Below are positions 9,004 through 18,457 of a DNA stretch of 64,000 bases, one piece after another. Where the stretch lies: positions 19,659 to 83,658 of the forward strand of contig CAWFBU010000008.1 of the NCBI GenBank assembly GCA_963814195.1, written 5' to 3'. The position numbers and the translations under genes were made by a program. The notes below the pieces were generated by a model. It was given only the letters and a program-made list of their open reading frames with translations. It did not search any database and was not told the origin of the DNA. Each line of letters starts with the position of its first letter. Position 1 is the stretch's first letter. Origin of the DNA: an uncultured Acidobacteriaceae bacterium. Its GTDB lineage: Bacteria; Acidobacteriota; Terriglobia; Bryobacterales; Bryobacteraceae.

Positions 9004-9295
9004 CATCTACTTCGACGAGGGGACCGGCCCGTAGCGAAAGGTCCCGCTTGTCTGGCTACTTTGGGTGTCGAGTCGTCTCATTGAACCACCATTGAAACGG
9101 GGGAACCGCCATTAACGACCGTCGACCGGTTCTACCGTCGGGGCTTATCTCTCTCCACTTACAAGGGAACGCCGAAAGCGCATTGCTCCGTTTGACCACG
9201 GGGAGAGTCCGGCCGGTTTGAAACCAAACGCGCTCTGGTTGAAGAATGCGCTGACACATTGACGCCCAAACGGGCCAGGAGTAGCCTTAGAGTGT

Positions 9296-9919
9296 ATGGA
9301 GCCTAGCGTCGACATCTACGTACCCTCGCGTCTTTACGCGCGTGTCGGCTGGGCAGCGCTCGCTGGCTCTCTCGTATGTGTGCTTTGCGGGTTTCGAGCG
9401 CATTTAGCCTTCATACCCGCGGCGCTTTGTATCGCCACGGCACTCGTTCTCTTCTGGCTTTCAGTTCGCCCGGCGATCCGAATCGGGCATACCCAGTTCA
9501 ACGTCGGTGAGCGAGCCATCGCCTGGCGTGAAATCCGCGAAATCAACACCAGCCGGTTTGTTTCCCCTCTGGTGATCAAACTGAAGCTGACAAACTCCCG
9601 GCATAAACGTCTGGTCTTTCCTGGTGATCCGGAGCGGATTGCCAAGTTGATGTTTCATCTGCGTAAACATTCGACTCAGGCTACTTTCGACGGTGTTGCT
9701 TACCGTGATTATTGGACCTGGAACAACATCAAGGAACAGACTGGCGGCGACGTGACGGAACGCGGCCCCGTTCGCATGCTCAGCCGGGACGACGAAGACG
9801 AGATAGAACGAATGTTCAAGCGGCTGAAAAGTGTAGGGCGGCTGGATTCTTTGAGTAACGGATACAACGAGCAAAGATCCTTCGAAAACGCCTCGCGAGG
9901 ATTAGCGCCTGACTGCTAG
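9296..9919 (+). CDS. hypothetical membrane protein
   Basis: 207-aa ORF with two N-terminal hydrophobic helices and a charged C-terminal half. No family was recognised. Confidence 0.45.
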   Translation: MEPSVDIYVPSRLYARVGWAALAGSLVCVLCGFRAHLAFIPAALCIATALVLFWLSVRPAIRIGHTQFNVGERAIAWREIREINTSRFVSPLVIKLKLTNSRHKRLVFPGDPERIAKLMFHLRKHSTQATFDGVAYRDYWTWNNIKEQTGGDVTERGPVRMLSRDDEDEIERMFKRLKSVGRLDSLSNGYNEQRSFENASRGLAPDC

Positions 9920-9952
9920 ATCTCCGGGTTTCCGGCCCCGCCGTCGTGCGGG

Positions 9953-10540
9953 TTGCCTCTCTTTTTTAGCATTTTGCTGGTTGTTCTGGGCATCGTCTGG
10001 CTGCCCGTACCCCCTTGTTACATTTGCCGGCAGTGTATTGGTCGAAGATGATCCTCCCCAAAAAGCCGATGCCATCCTGGTTCTCGGCGGAGATGAGTTC
10101 GGCACTCGCATCATGAAAGCCGCCCAGTTGCAGAAAGCCGGATACGCCCCTTACGTGCTGGTAAGCGGGCCGCAACATTGCTGGGGCACGAATCGGACAC
10201 ACGATAGAGTATGCCCGCCGCAAGGGTATCCGACCTCCATTTTCCGGCCACTGAACCATGACTCGGACTCCACGCGAAGCGAATCGCTGGTCTGATCGAG
10301 TAAGTATCTGCATGGACAATCGGGATCACAGCTTGCTGCTTGTGACAAGCAACTACCACACCCGGCGCGCCGCCAAATTGCTGCGCAGAATCGATGCCTG
10401 ATATCCACGTCATTGTGGTCGCGGCTCCCGATCCCTTTTTCAAGCCGAGTCCTGGTGGACTACTCGAAGCGGTCAGAAGACGTTTCGTCTATGAATGGAT
10501 GAAGACTCTGGCTGTGCGATGTAGGAATCTAAGATGCTGA
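9953..10540 (+). pseudogene. DUF218/YdcF-family protein, multiply frameshifted
   Basis: The segments lie in all three plus frames: 'ADAILVLGGDEFGTRIMKAAQLQKAGYAPYVLVSGPQ', 'TIEYARRKG', 'YPTSIFRPLNHDSDSTRSE', 'LLVTSNYHTRRAAKLLRRI', 'HVIVVAAPDPFF', 'SWWTTRSGQKTF' and 'VYEWMKTLA'. Confidence 0.65.
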
Positions 10541-12282
10541 AATCCTTAGCTACCCTCTTCCCCTACTTGCGTCCGTACCGTACGGGGATGGCTCTTGGCA
10601 TCGGGTCGCTACTGATGAAGGACCTGTTGGCGGCGTCTCTACCCATCGTCATCAAGTTCGGCATGGATTCGCTCACCAAGGGATTCAGCATCCGCATAGT
10701 GCTTGCAACTGGCAGGACTGCTGATCGGGATTTCTTTGGTAAAAGGCCTGTTTCAGTACTGGATGCGGACCATCATCATCGGGATCTCGCGCGATATCGA
10801 ATACGACCTGCGCAACAATCTGTTCCGGCATCTGGTGGAACTCTCGCAGGAGTTCTTCTCGCGCTACCGCACCGGCGACATCATGGCCCGCAGTACGAAC
10901 GATTTGAATGCTGTGCGGATGATGCTGGGTCCCGGGATCATGTACTGGAGTGAAACGTTCATCATGCTGATCTTGGCAGTGGCGGTGATGGCGCAGGACC
11001 GACCTGTATCTTACGCTCATTTCGCTGAGCCCGGCGCCCCTTGGTCTCGGTAGCTGTGATCTTCTTCGGACGGCGGATTCACGCTCGCTTTGAACACATT
11101 CAAAGCATGTTTTCAGACATCAGCAGCCGGGTACAGGAAAATCTCTCCGGAGTACGCGTGATCCGCGCCTATGCGCAGGAACAGGCCGAAGTGGAGCTGT
11201 TCGAAGTTCTGAATCGGGAATATATCCGGGAGAACATCGGGCTGGCACGCATTCAGGGTATGTTTATGCCACTGCTGCAGGGGCTGATCGGGTTGACGTT
11301 CCTGCTTGTGCTGTGGGCAGGCGGACGGCAGTTGATGGCGGGCAATGAGCCTTGGGCAGCTTTGTCATGTTCAACACGTACATGGGCATGTTGATTTGGC
11401 CCATGATTGCCTTTGGTTGGGTCGTGAACCTGATGCAGCGCGGCACGGCCTCTCTCGAACCGCATTAATGAAATGCTGCACGAGCGTCCGTCCATCGGAG
11501 CGCCCGCGGAAGGCGAGATCGATACTGCGGACGTCGCGGACGAAATTCGCTTTCGCCATGTCGGGATGACCTTTGGATCTCGCCAGGCCTTGAGTCAAAT
11601 CGACCTGACCATTCCGTCGGGGCAGACGGTCGCCGTGGTGGGTCACACCGGCAGTGGCAAGACGACCCTTGTCAATCTGATTGCGCGGTTGTTCGATCCA
11701 AGCTCCGGAACTGTGGAACTGGGCGGGGTGGACTTGCGGCCGCTTTTCTCCGGAAAAGCTGCGGCGCGATATCGGGTTCGTTCCGCAGGAGACGTTCCTA
11801 TTCAGTGCGACGCTGGCAGAAAACATCGCCTGGGGCGTGCCGCAAGCATCGATGGATCGAGGTGCGTTGGGCAGCGGAAGTCGCTGGGCTCGCGACTGAC
11901 ATTGAAAGCTTTCCGCACGGATTCGATACCGTCGATCGGCGAGCGCGGACTGACGCTGTCCGGTGGCCAGAAGCAGCGAACCGCCATCGCGCGCGCAATT
12001 CTCAGAAATCCGCGGATCCTGATTCTGGACGATGCTCTTTCGAGTGTTGATACAGTCACTGAAGAGAAGATTCTTGCTGGCCTGTCTGGGGTGATGAGGA
12101 ACCGCACCACAATCTTGATCTCGCACCGAGTTTCGACTGTGCAGAACGCGGATTGGATCGTCGTATTGAGTCAAGGCCGAGTTGGTGGAGATGGGAACGC
12201 ACGCGCAATTGCAGGCCGCGGCGGCTATTATGCCGAACTGTATCAGAAGCAGTTGCTCGAAGAGGAATTGGAGGCAATATAG
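10534..12282 (+). pseudogene. ABC exporter (fused permease and ATPase, MsbA-like), at least 8 frameshifts
   Basis: Both the TMD and the NBD are recognisable but switch among three frames. Segments include 'LLIGISLVKGLFQYWMRTIIIGISRDIEYDLRNNLFRHL', 'VSVAVIFFGRRIHARFEHIQ', 'GHTGSGKTT', '[28 protein letters not shown]', 'LSGGQKQR', 'ILILDDALS' and 'VEMGTHAQL'. Confidence 0.8.
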
Positions 12283-12285
12283 TCT

Positions 12286-13179
12286 ATGTCCGATCAGAAG
12301 ATTTCCAGCATGGCAATCAGCAGACGCAAGTGGCTGGGCAGCGCTTCGACGGTGCGCGGGGTTCGCGGCGACCATTGGCAGCGAAGGCTTCGAAGGGCGC
12401 AGGAATACAAGCTTGGTGGCGCCGATATCAAGCTGGGAGTCGCCTCTTATTCGTTCCGGAAGTTCGATCGCGACCAAGGCGATTCAGATGTTGAAGGAGC
12501 TTCGTACTCCGTACCTGAATGTGAAGGATTTCCATCTGAAGTTGGATAGCACTCCAGCCGAGATCGACGCTGCGAAGAAGGAGTTTGCGGATGCCGGAGT
12601 GCATCTTGGTGGGCTGTGGCAACGTGAGTTTTGCCAAGGACGACGAGGCTGACATGCGCAGCAAGTTCGAGTACGCCAAGCGCGCCGGCTTTCCGCTGAT
12701 CGTGTGCGCACCAACTCACGTGACCCTTCCGAAGCTGGAAAAGTTCGTGAAGGAGTACGACATCAAGATCGCGGTCCACAATCACGGACCTGAGGATAAG
12801 AACTTCCCCACGCCTCAGAGTGTTCTGGAGGTCGTGAAAAACATGGATCCGCGCTGCGGGTTGTGTATCGATATTGGGCACACCTCGCGGACCGGAAAGA
12901 ATATCGTCGAATCCATTGCTGAGGCGGGACCTCGATTATTAGACATGCATGTGAAAGATCTCGCGGATCCAATGGTCAAGGAGAGCCAGGTGGACGTAGG
13001 CGATGGCAAACTTCCCTTCCCGCAGATTTTCATGCGAACTGGTCAAGATGAACTATCACGGTTCAGTCAACCTGGAATATGAGATCCACGACGAGAATGT
13101 TATGCCCGGCATGCAGAAGAGCTTCTCTTATATGCGAGGCGTTCTGGCTGGCCTGCAAGCAACAACGGTTCGAACGTAG
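12286..13179 (+). pseudogene. sugar-phosphate isomerase/epimerase (xylose-isomerase-like TIM barrel) with a Tat-like leader, at least 3 frameshifts
   Basis: The segments lie in different frames: 'ISRRKWLGSA', 'IKLGVASYSFRKFDRDQ', 'AIQMLKELRTPYLNVKDFHL', 'KIAVHNHGPEDKNFPTPQSV', 'CIDIGH' and 'NYHGSVNLEYEIHDENVMPGMQKSFSYMRG'. The stop is at 13177-13179. Confidence 0.7.
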
Positions 13180-13246
13180 ATCAGACTGACGTAGATCCCA
13201 CCGAAAATAGGCCTCAGGTAGACGAATCCAAAGGTCGCTTGTACGG

Positions 13247-13864
13247 CTAGCGGCGACGCGCTGGATGGCTCCAAGTGCTGGTATGCCCGTTTCGTGCGGT
13301 GTAAGTCTTGCTGACTTCGCCGCGGCTTCGGGTTGTCTGCATGGTCTGCGTCTTGCCCTGTGTTCCTGTGAGTGACTTGGTGTCGTTGTAGGTGCCGTTA
13401 CCCCAGGTGGCATTGTTCGAGTAGGTCCTGGTTTGGCCATTGCGACCGGTTACTGTCGTGTCTCGAGAGTAGTTACCTGGGCTTCGGGTAACAGATGTTT
13501 GCGAAGATTCCGTTTTACCGTTCCTCCCCGTATAGGACCGACTGTCTGTATAGCTTCCGTTTCCCCAAGTTGCGTTGTTCTGGTAAGTTGTCGTCTTCCC
13601 GTTCGGTCCCGTTTTAGAAACGTCCTTCGAATACTGGCCCGGGCTACGATCAGTGGTCGCGTCCCGAGTGTAGGTTTGTCCGTTCGGTGTGGTGACCGTT
13701 CGATCCACGGTTCGGTCTCCCGGTGCGGTGGAGCTCCGAGTCGTCGTAACCTGATCACCCTGACGGTTCGTGTAGGTCGATGTTGTCTGCGCCCGCGCAC
13801 CGACGCCCGCTAGCGATAACAGAAGCAGCGTTCCCATTGGCAAGAGCTGGTTGCTTTTCTTCAT
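13247..13864 (-). CDS. secreted Thr/Gly/Asn-rich repeat protein
   Basis: It has a signal peptide (MKKSNQLLPMGTLLLLSLAGVGARAQ). Two modules of about 52 aa follow, each 'SPG.YS.D...TG.NG.T.TY.NNATWGNG.Y.D..S.TG..GKT'. Confidence 0.6.
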   Translation of the reverse strand: MKKSNQLLPMGTLLLLSLAGVGARAQTTSTYTNRQGDQVTTTRSSTAPGDRTVDRTVTTPNGQTYTRDATTDRSPGQYSKDVSKTGPNGKTTTYQNNATWGNGSYTDSRSYTGRNGKTESSQTSVTRSPGNYSRDTTVTGRNGQTRTYSNNATWGNGTYNDTKSLTGTQGKTQTMQTTRSRGEVSKTYTARNGHTSTWSHPARRR

Positions 13865-13917
13865 ATCTGGATTAGGCCTCTGCCTATCAAGACGAGGAAA
13901 CTGACAGACGGCTTACT

Positions 13918-15294
13918 TCAGCGGTTAGCAAAGATAGCAAGTCCCGCTTCGGCGCCGTAGCTATCTAACTCAGGGATTTCGATTAGAGTCTTCGTACCTT
14001 CTCCCACCGTGCTATCGACAGTCATGCGGTAACCGCTCCCAAAGAGCACCCGCAACCGCTCGTTAACGTTATTCACCCCTACTCCTTGGCCCGGTTCGAA
14101 CAGATTGTCTAAAGTGGACTCTTCGATTCCGACACCGTTGTCTTCTATAAGAATGAACAGGCTCGTGCCCTCCAACCAAGTCCGAAGCCAAACAGTGCCT
14201 CCGTCGATTTTGTTCGAAAGCCCATGCTTAATCGAGTTCTCGATGATGGGTTGGAGGATCATGCTAGGCACAAGCCGATCGAGCGTACAATTCTCGATAT
14301 CTTTCTCGAAACGCAGTTTGTCACCAAAGCGGACGATCTCAATTCCCAGATAGTCATCGATAAAGGAGATCTCTTCCCGAAGCAAAGAGAAGTTCTCGGT
14401 TTTGCGAAGAAGGCGACGTAAGATTTTTGAGAGCCGTAGGATCATACTACGCGCGCGATCCGGGTCCAGCCGAATCAGAGTTGAGATGGAATTCAGTGTG
14501 TTGAAGAGAAAGTGAGGATTGATCTGGTTAGTAAGTGCCGCGAGTCGAGCCTCCGTAAGCCGGGCATGCTGAGCCTCTAGTTGTTTCTCCGTTCGAAAGC
14601 TGCTCCAGATACGAATCGGGAGCGACACGGCAAAGAGTGTTGTAACAGCGCAGATGAGAAAGGTACCCAGGTCTTGATGAAATCCCCTCTCGAAGATAAA
14701 GAACGTACCGTGGACTTTGAAGCTCAGAAAAACGGCCCACCGGAGCGCTTCTGTAATCAGAACGATGGCATTACACCCGAGATTGAAGGAGGCGCGGTCA
14801 ATCACTCGCCTTTGGATAGCATTCGGATTGAGATGCAAAACCTGGCGTAAGAGCCGATATAAATTCAGGTCCACAAAAGGAGAGAAATGCCAGACGTCTT
14901 CCTTCTCAGGGGCAAGATCATGCATCAGCGCGCCCATGATGCCGGCTGCCGCGAACAGCGGCATGGACATCAACTTGCCGTCGAACATGTCGGGGATCGA
15001 GACGAGCAACCCGGTAATCAGCCCGGTTACGTATCCACCAAGCAAACCCGCAATCTGCGCACCTTCCAGCGCGAGGTCGATGGCCTGATATTGGTGATTG
15101 CTGAGGATGCGCACTCCGGCGCTAGCTCCAAAGATGACAGCAAAGGTGAAGGCTAGTTGCAAACGCTCCGCGACCGAACGGTCATCCCTCAGCAAGGTCT
15201 TCTGAATGCGAGCGAAGCGCATGAGGATGCTGGCAATGGAAGCCGCAACCGCAACCTTGACAAGGAGCGCGGCAAGCTGCTGTTGATCGAGCAT
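13918..15294 (-). CDS. LytS/YehU-type sensor histidine kinase
   Basis: The N-terminus is multi-TM. 'LTNQINPHFLFNTLNSISTLI' is the His_kinase (LytS-type) signature, and 'ENSIKHG...IEDNGVGI' indicates a HATPase. The start was chosen at MLDQQQL. Confidence 0.8.
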   Translation of the reverse strand: MLDQQQLAALLVKVAVAASIASILMRFARIQKTLLRDDRSVAERLQLAFTFAVIFGASAGVRILSNHQYQAIDLALEGAQIAGLLGGYVTGLITGLLVSIPDMFDGKLMSMPLFAAAGIMGALMHDLAPEKEDVWHFSPFVDLNLYRLLRQVLHLNPNAIQRRVIDRASFNLGCNAIVLITEALRWAVFLSFKVHGTFFIFERGFHQDLGTFLICAVTTLFAVSLPIRIWSSFRTEKQLEAQHARLTEARLAALTNQINPHFLFNTLNSISTLIRLDPDRARSMILRLSKILRRLLRKTENFSLLREEISFIDDYLGIEIVRFGDKLRFEKDIENCTLDRLVPSMILQPIIENSIKHGLSNKIDGGTVWLRTWLEGTSLFILIEDNGVGIEESTLDNLFEPGQGVGVNNVNERLRVLFGSGYRMTVDSTVGEGTKTLIEIPELDSYGAEAGLAIFANR

Positions 15295-15343
15295 CGGGTT
15301 AGAAAGGAACGCGAAGCGAACCTGGACTCTATAATAGAGGTTC

Positions 15344-15952
15344 TTGCAGCCCACTGATTTCAAGCTGAACAAAGTAGCCGAAGCGGACTTTCCCAGCCGC
15401 TTCGGTCGATTTCGTATTTACGGATTCGAAGGTGTACGACCGACGGTTACCGAAGAGGCAATCGCTCTACGATTGGGAGATGTGTCGGCCAGTGCAGGAC
15501 CATTGCTCGTACGAATTCACTCGCAGTGTCTAACCGGTGACGTCTTCCACAGCCTGCGCTGCGACTGCCGAGCGCAACTGGAGTTGGCGCTCGACCAGAT
15601 TGTTGAAGAACAGCGCGGCTTGCTGATCTATGAGCATCAAGAAGGCCGCGGCATCGGTCTCCTCAATAAACTGCGTGCTTATGAGCTCCAGGACGAGGGG
15701 CGCGACACAGTTCAGGCTAACGAAGACCTGGGCTTTGAGGCAGATCTTCGTGACTATGCCCTTCCTGCCGCTATCCTGCAATATTTCGGCGTGCAGGAAG
15801 TTCGGCTCTTGTCCAATAACCCGGACAAGCGCAAAGCTGTCGAGGATGCCGGCATTCGAGTGGTAGAACTGGCGCCGATCATCGCTCCACCGCTGGATAC
15901 GACAACCGAGTACTTGCGAACCAAGCGCGAGAAAATGGGACATCTGTTCTAG
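15344..15952 (+). CDS. ribA: GTP cyclohydrolase II
   Basis: RibA landmarks are present: 'LVRIHSQCLTGDVFHSLRCDCRAQLE', 'YEHQEGRGIGLLNKLRAYELQDEGRDTV' and 'RLLSNNP'. The exact start is uncertain (TTG at 15344). Confidence 0.85.
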   Translation: MQPTDFKLNKVAEADFPSRFGRFRIYGFEGVRPTVTEEAIALRLGDVSASAGPLLVRIHSQCLTGDVFHSLRCDCRAQLELALDQIVEEQRGLLIYEHQEGRGIGLLNKLRAYELQDEGRDTVQANEDLGFEADLRDYALPAAILQYFGVQEVRLLSNNPDKRKAVEDAGIRVVELAPIIAPPLDTTTEYLRTKREKMGHLF

Positions 15953-16007
15953 CCGAGAGTCGCAAGGTACGTGCTAGCGTAGACGGAGAAGTTGCATCAC
16001 TCAATAC

Positions 16008-16081
<74 letters not shown>

Positions 16082-16588
16082 CTACAAGAATCCTAGACTT
16101 ACAATCGCTCGCCTGGGGTTGAACGCCTGATCACTGAAGCTATTGATCGTCATCCCAGGTAAAAACATCGCGACTTTCCCGTAGTAGTTATTCATCCTCA
16201 TCCTGTTCTGTCCCGGATCGCCGAGCATATAAGCACAACTCGCTTCGATATTGAGCCGCTGCTTAGTCGACAAACCACTTGCGCCGAGTACTGCGCAAAG
16301 TCGCTCCGTGAAGCTACACTACGGACGCTGTGCATCAACCTCAAGTTGGACCTAGTAAGCCGACAGCAAACGTGGCGAGAATCCGTGCCCTTCAGCGTTG
16401 CGTAAGGAAATTTCTTCCAAGATGTGCTGAAGAATCGAAGTATTCTCCGCTTGAAAAGGCAGCTAACAAACTACCGTGCCCGAGAGCGACAACGTTTCCC
16501 TCTCTAACCAGGATCGCTTAATCGTGATGAGCTATTCACTTTACTTTGGATCCGTACGGGCGTAGGTTGTTCGTGAGGTGAATTACTC

Positions 16589-17380
16589 ATGAAGATCAAG
16601 TACTTGGTTGTGCTCGGCTCACTGGCTGGATTACTGCCAATGCAGGGTGCATTAGTGACATCGACCACGTGCAGTGTAGGATCGCAAACGGTGAGTAGCG
16701 CGGTTGCTTGCGCGATTAATCCCAGTAACTCGGCGCCATCGTCTGCGGCGGGTATCACTGCGACTCAGGTGGCTGCAATTCCTACCAGTGGATTGTCAGG
16801 GCTGTTCTCGTTCAACATCGGCGGGTCGGCTACGGCCATTCCGCTGGTAAGCTCGGTTCCAATCTATCCGACTACCACCAATAGCAGCGCACTGGCGCAA
16901 GCCAATTTAACTCAGTCGTTCACGACAGGCGGACTGGCGCGGGCAGGCCTTATTACCTTCTCAGCCAACGTTCTGGATTTCAGTTCAGGGCCGGGGACGG
17001 ATGCAGCGGTGGCGGACCTCTCCATTGGCGCCCTAACCGGGCACTGTCAGGGAAACAGCTCCTGCACGGGGATTCTCTCGCAAGTGGCTCCACGATCCTT
17101 TACTTTCGCTTTGGGGGGGCCGTTCATGTTGAGCCTGGCGGAGACGTTTAGCGCGTCGGGAGGGTATGTGGATGGACCAGGGTTTGCCAGTGGGACAACG
17201 GGATTCGACTTTCAATTGTTTGAGGCGGACGGAACAACGCCGGTGACCCTAGTGGCAACGCCGGAGCCGGGGCAGGCTGGACTTTTTGTGGCAGGTGCGA
17301 TGGCGCTAGGAGCTTGGGCGGGATGGCGGGGGCAACGAGGGCACGCGCTGTTTAGAACAGAAACGAGCGTCTGCAATTAA
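16589..17380 (+). CDS. PEP-CTERM sorting-domain protein (copy 1)
   Basis: It has a signal peptide (MKIKYLVVLGSLAGLLPMQGA). The C-terminal 'VATPEPGQAGLFVAGAMALGAWAGWRGQRG' is a PEP motif followed by a TM helix and a basic tail. Confidence 0.8.
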   Translation: MKIKYLVVLGSLAGLLPMQGALVTSTTCSVGSQTVSSAVACAINPSNSAPSSAAGITATQVAAIPTSGLSGLFSFNIGGSATAIPLVSSVPIYPTTTNSSALAQANLTQSFTTGGLARAGLITFSANVLDFSSGPGTDAAVADLSIGALTGHCQGNSSCTGILSQVAPRSFTFALGGPFMLSLAETFSASGGYVDGPGFASGTTGFDFQLFEADGTTPVTLVATPEPGQAGLFVAGAMALGAWAGWRGQRGHALFRTETSVCN

Positions 17381-17492
17381 GAAGTAATCTGGCAGCAAGG
17401 GTCGTTAAAGACCAAGACGCCGCAATCGTCATGAGTAATTATCTTTACATTGGATCCGTGCGGACGTAGGTTGTTCGTGAGGTGAATTGCTC

Positions 17493-18266
17493 ATGAAGAT
17501 CAAGTATTTGGTTGTGCTCGGCTCACTCGCTGGATTACTGCCAATGCAAGGTGCATTAGTGACATCGACCACGTGCAGTGTAGGATTGCAAACCGTGAGT
17601 AGCGCGGTCGCTTGCGCGATTAATCCCAGTAACTCGGCGCCATCGTCTGCCGCGAGTATCACTGCGACTCAGGTGACTGCAATTCCTACCAGTGGATTGT
17701 CAGGGCCGTTCTCGTTCAACATCGGCGGGTCGGCTACAGCCATTCCGCTGGTAAGCTCGGTTCCGATCTTTCCAACTACCACCGATAGCAGCGCGATGGC
17801 GCAAGCCAATTTGACTCAGGGATTTACGACGGCAGGGCCAGCTCGGACCGGCGTGATCACATTCTCGGCGTCCGTAGCGAACCTCCAGGCAGGGCCGGGG
17901 GAGGATAGAGCATCGATAAATCTCGCAGTTGGCGCGTTACCAGGAGACTGTCTAAATTTTCTCTGCGGGGGCCTATTGGCGGAGGCATCGCCGCGTTCGT
18001 TCAGTTTCGCATTGGGGACGCCGTTTACGCTGAACTTGACGGAGACGTTCAGTGCGGCGGGATCATTCAATGATGGAACCGGCTTTGCCCAGGGGACGGC
18101 AGGATTCAACTTTCAGCTCTTCGAGGCGAACGGGACAACGCCGGTGACTCTGGTCGCAACACCGGAGCCGGGGCAGGCAGGACTGTTTGCCATTGGCGGG
18201 ATCACCATGGCGGCTTTGGTGAGATACCGAGGGCGGCGGCGAATGGCAGGCGCGCGGTCTAGATAG
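17493..18266 (+). CDS. PEP-CTERM sorting-domain protein (copy 2)
   Basis: The signal peptide is the same as in copy 1. The C-terminus is 'VATPEPGQAGLFAIGGITMAALVRYRGRRR'. Confidence 0.8.
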   Translation: MKIKYLVVLGSLAGLLPMQGALVTSTTCSVGLQTVSSAVACAINPSNSAPSSAASITATQVTAIPTSGLSGPFSFNIGGSATAIPLVSSVPIFPTTTDSSAMAQANLTQGFTTAGPARTGVITFSASVANLQAGPGEDRASINLAVGALPGDCLNFLCGGLLAEASPRSFSFALGTPFTLNLTETFSAAGSFNDGTGFAQGTAGFNFQLFEANGTTPVTLVATPEPGQAGLFAIGGITMAALVRYRGRRRMAGARSR

Positions 18267-18423
18267 CGGCGGTCACCTGGCGGAGTAGCTGAACGCGGCA
18301 GCGGGCTCCTCCGCCGGGCGTACCATGCGCGGTCCGACGGGTGCGCTTAAAGCCAGAAAGATCTTCCCTTCGTGAAGCTAGAGGTGGCAGGATCGCGCCG
18401 TGCTTCCTACTGAGCCTATCTTA

Positions 18424-18457
18424 TATACTGTCCATCCATGTATACTGTCCATCCATG
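18424..18457 (+). repeat. perfect 2 x 17-bp tandem duplication spanning a start codon
   Basis: tatactgtccatccatg occurs at 18424-18440 and again at 18441-18457. The second copy ends in the ATG of the downstream CDS. Confidence 0.95.

Larger units (their letters stand above)
16520..18270 (+). repeat. tandem duplication (period 904 bp) of a PEP-CTERM gene plus its leader
   Basis: Homology starts at 'aatcgt' (16520 and 17424). It runs through the conserved leader 'ggatccgt.cgg.cgtaggttgttcgtgaggtgaatt.ctcatgaagatcaag' and through both genes. Confidence 0.85.

Noticed and set aside
8668-9034. Minus-strand 112-aa and plus-strand 94-aa ORFs over the His-rich gene
   Set aside because: The low-complexity (gac/cat/cgc)n-like tract is open in several frames. 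Only the frame with an RBS and a signal peptide was kept.
11371-12477. 368-aa minus-strand ORF
   Set aside because: It lies antisense to the clearly recognisable ABC exporter. It is Arg/Pro/Ser/Ala-rich, as expected for a shadow frame in GC-rich coding DNA, and has no family motifs.
9953-13179. Programmed ribosomal frameshifting as an explanation for the frameshift blocks
   Set aside because: There are far too many shifts per gene, in both directions, and no slippery heptamers at the junctions that could be localised.
16504-17662. Two similar antisense ORFs (16504..16758 and 17429..17662)
   Set aside because: They resemble each other only because they lie on the opposite strand of the duplicated PEP-CTERM 5' regions. 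There is no independent coding evidence.
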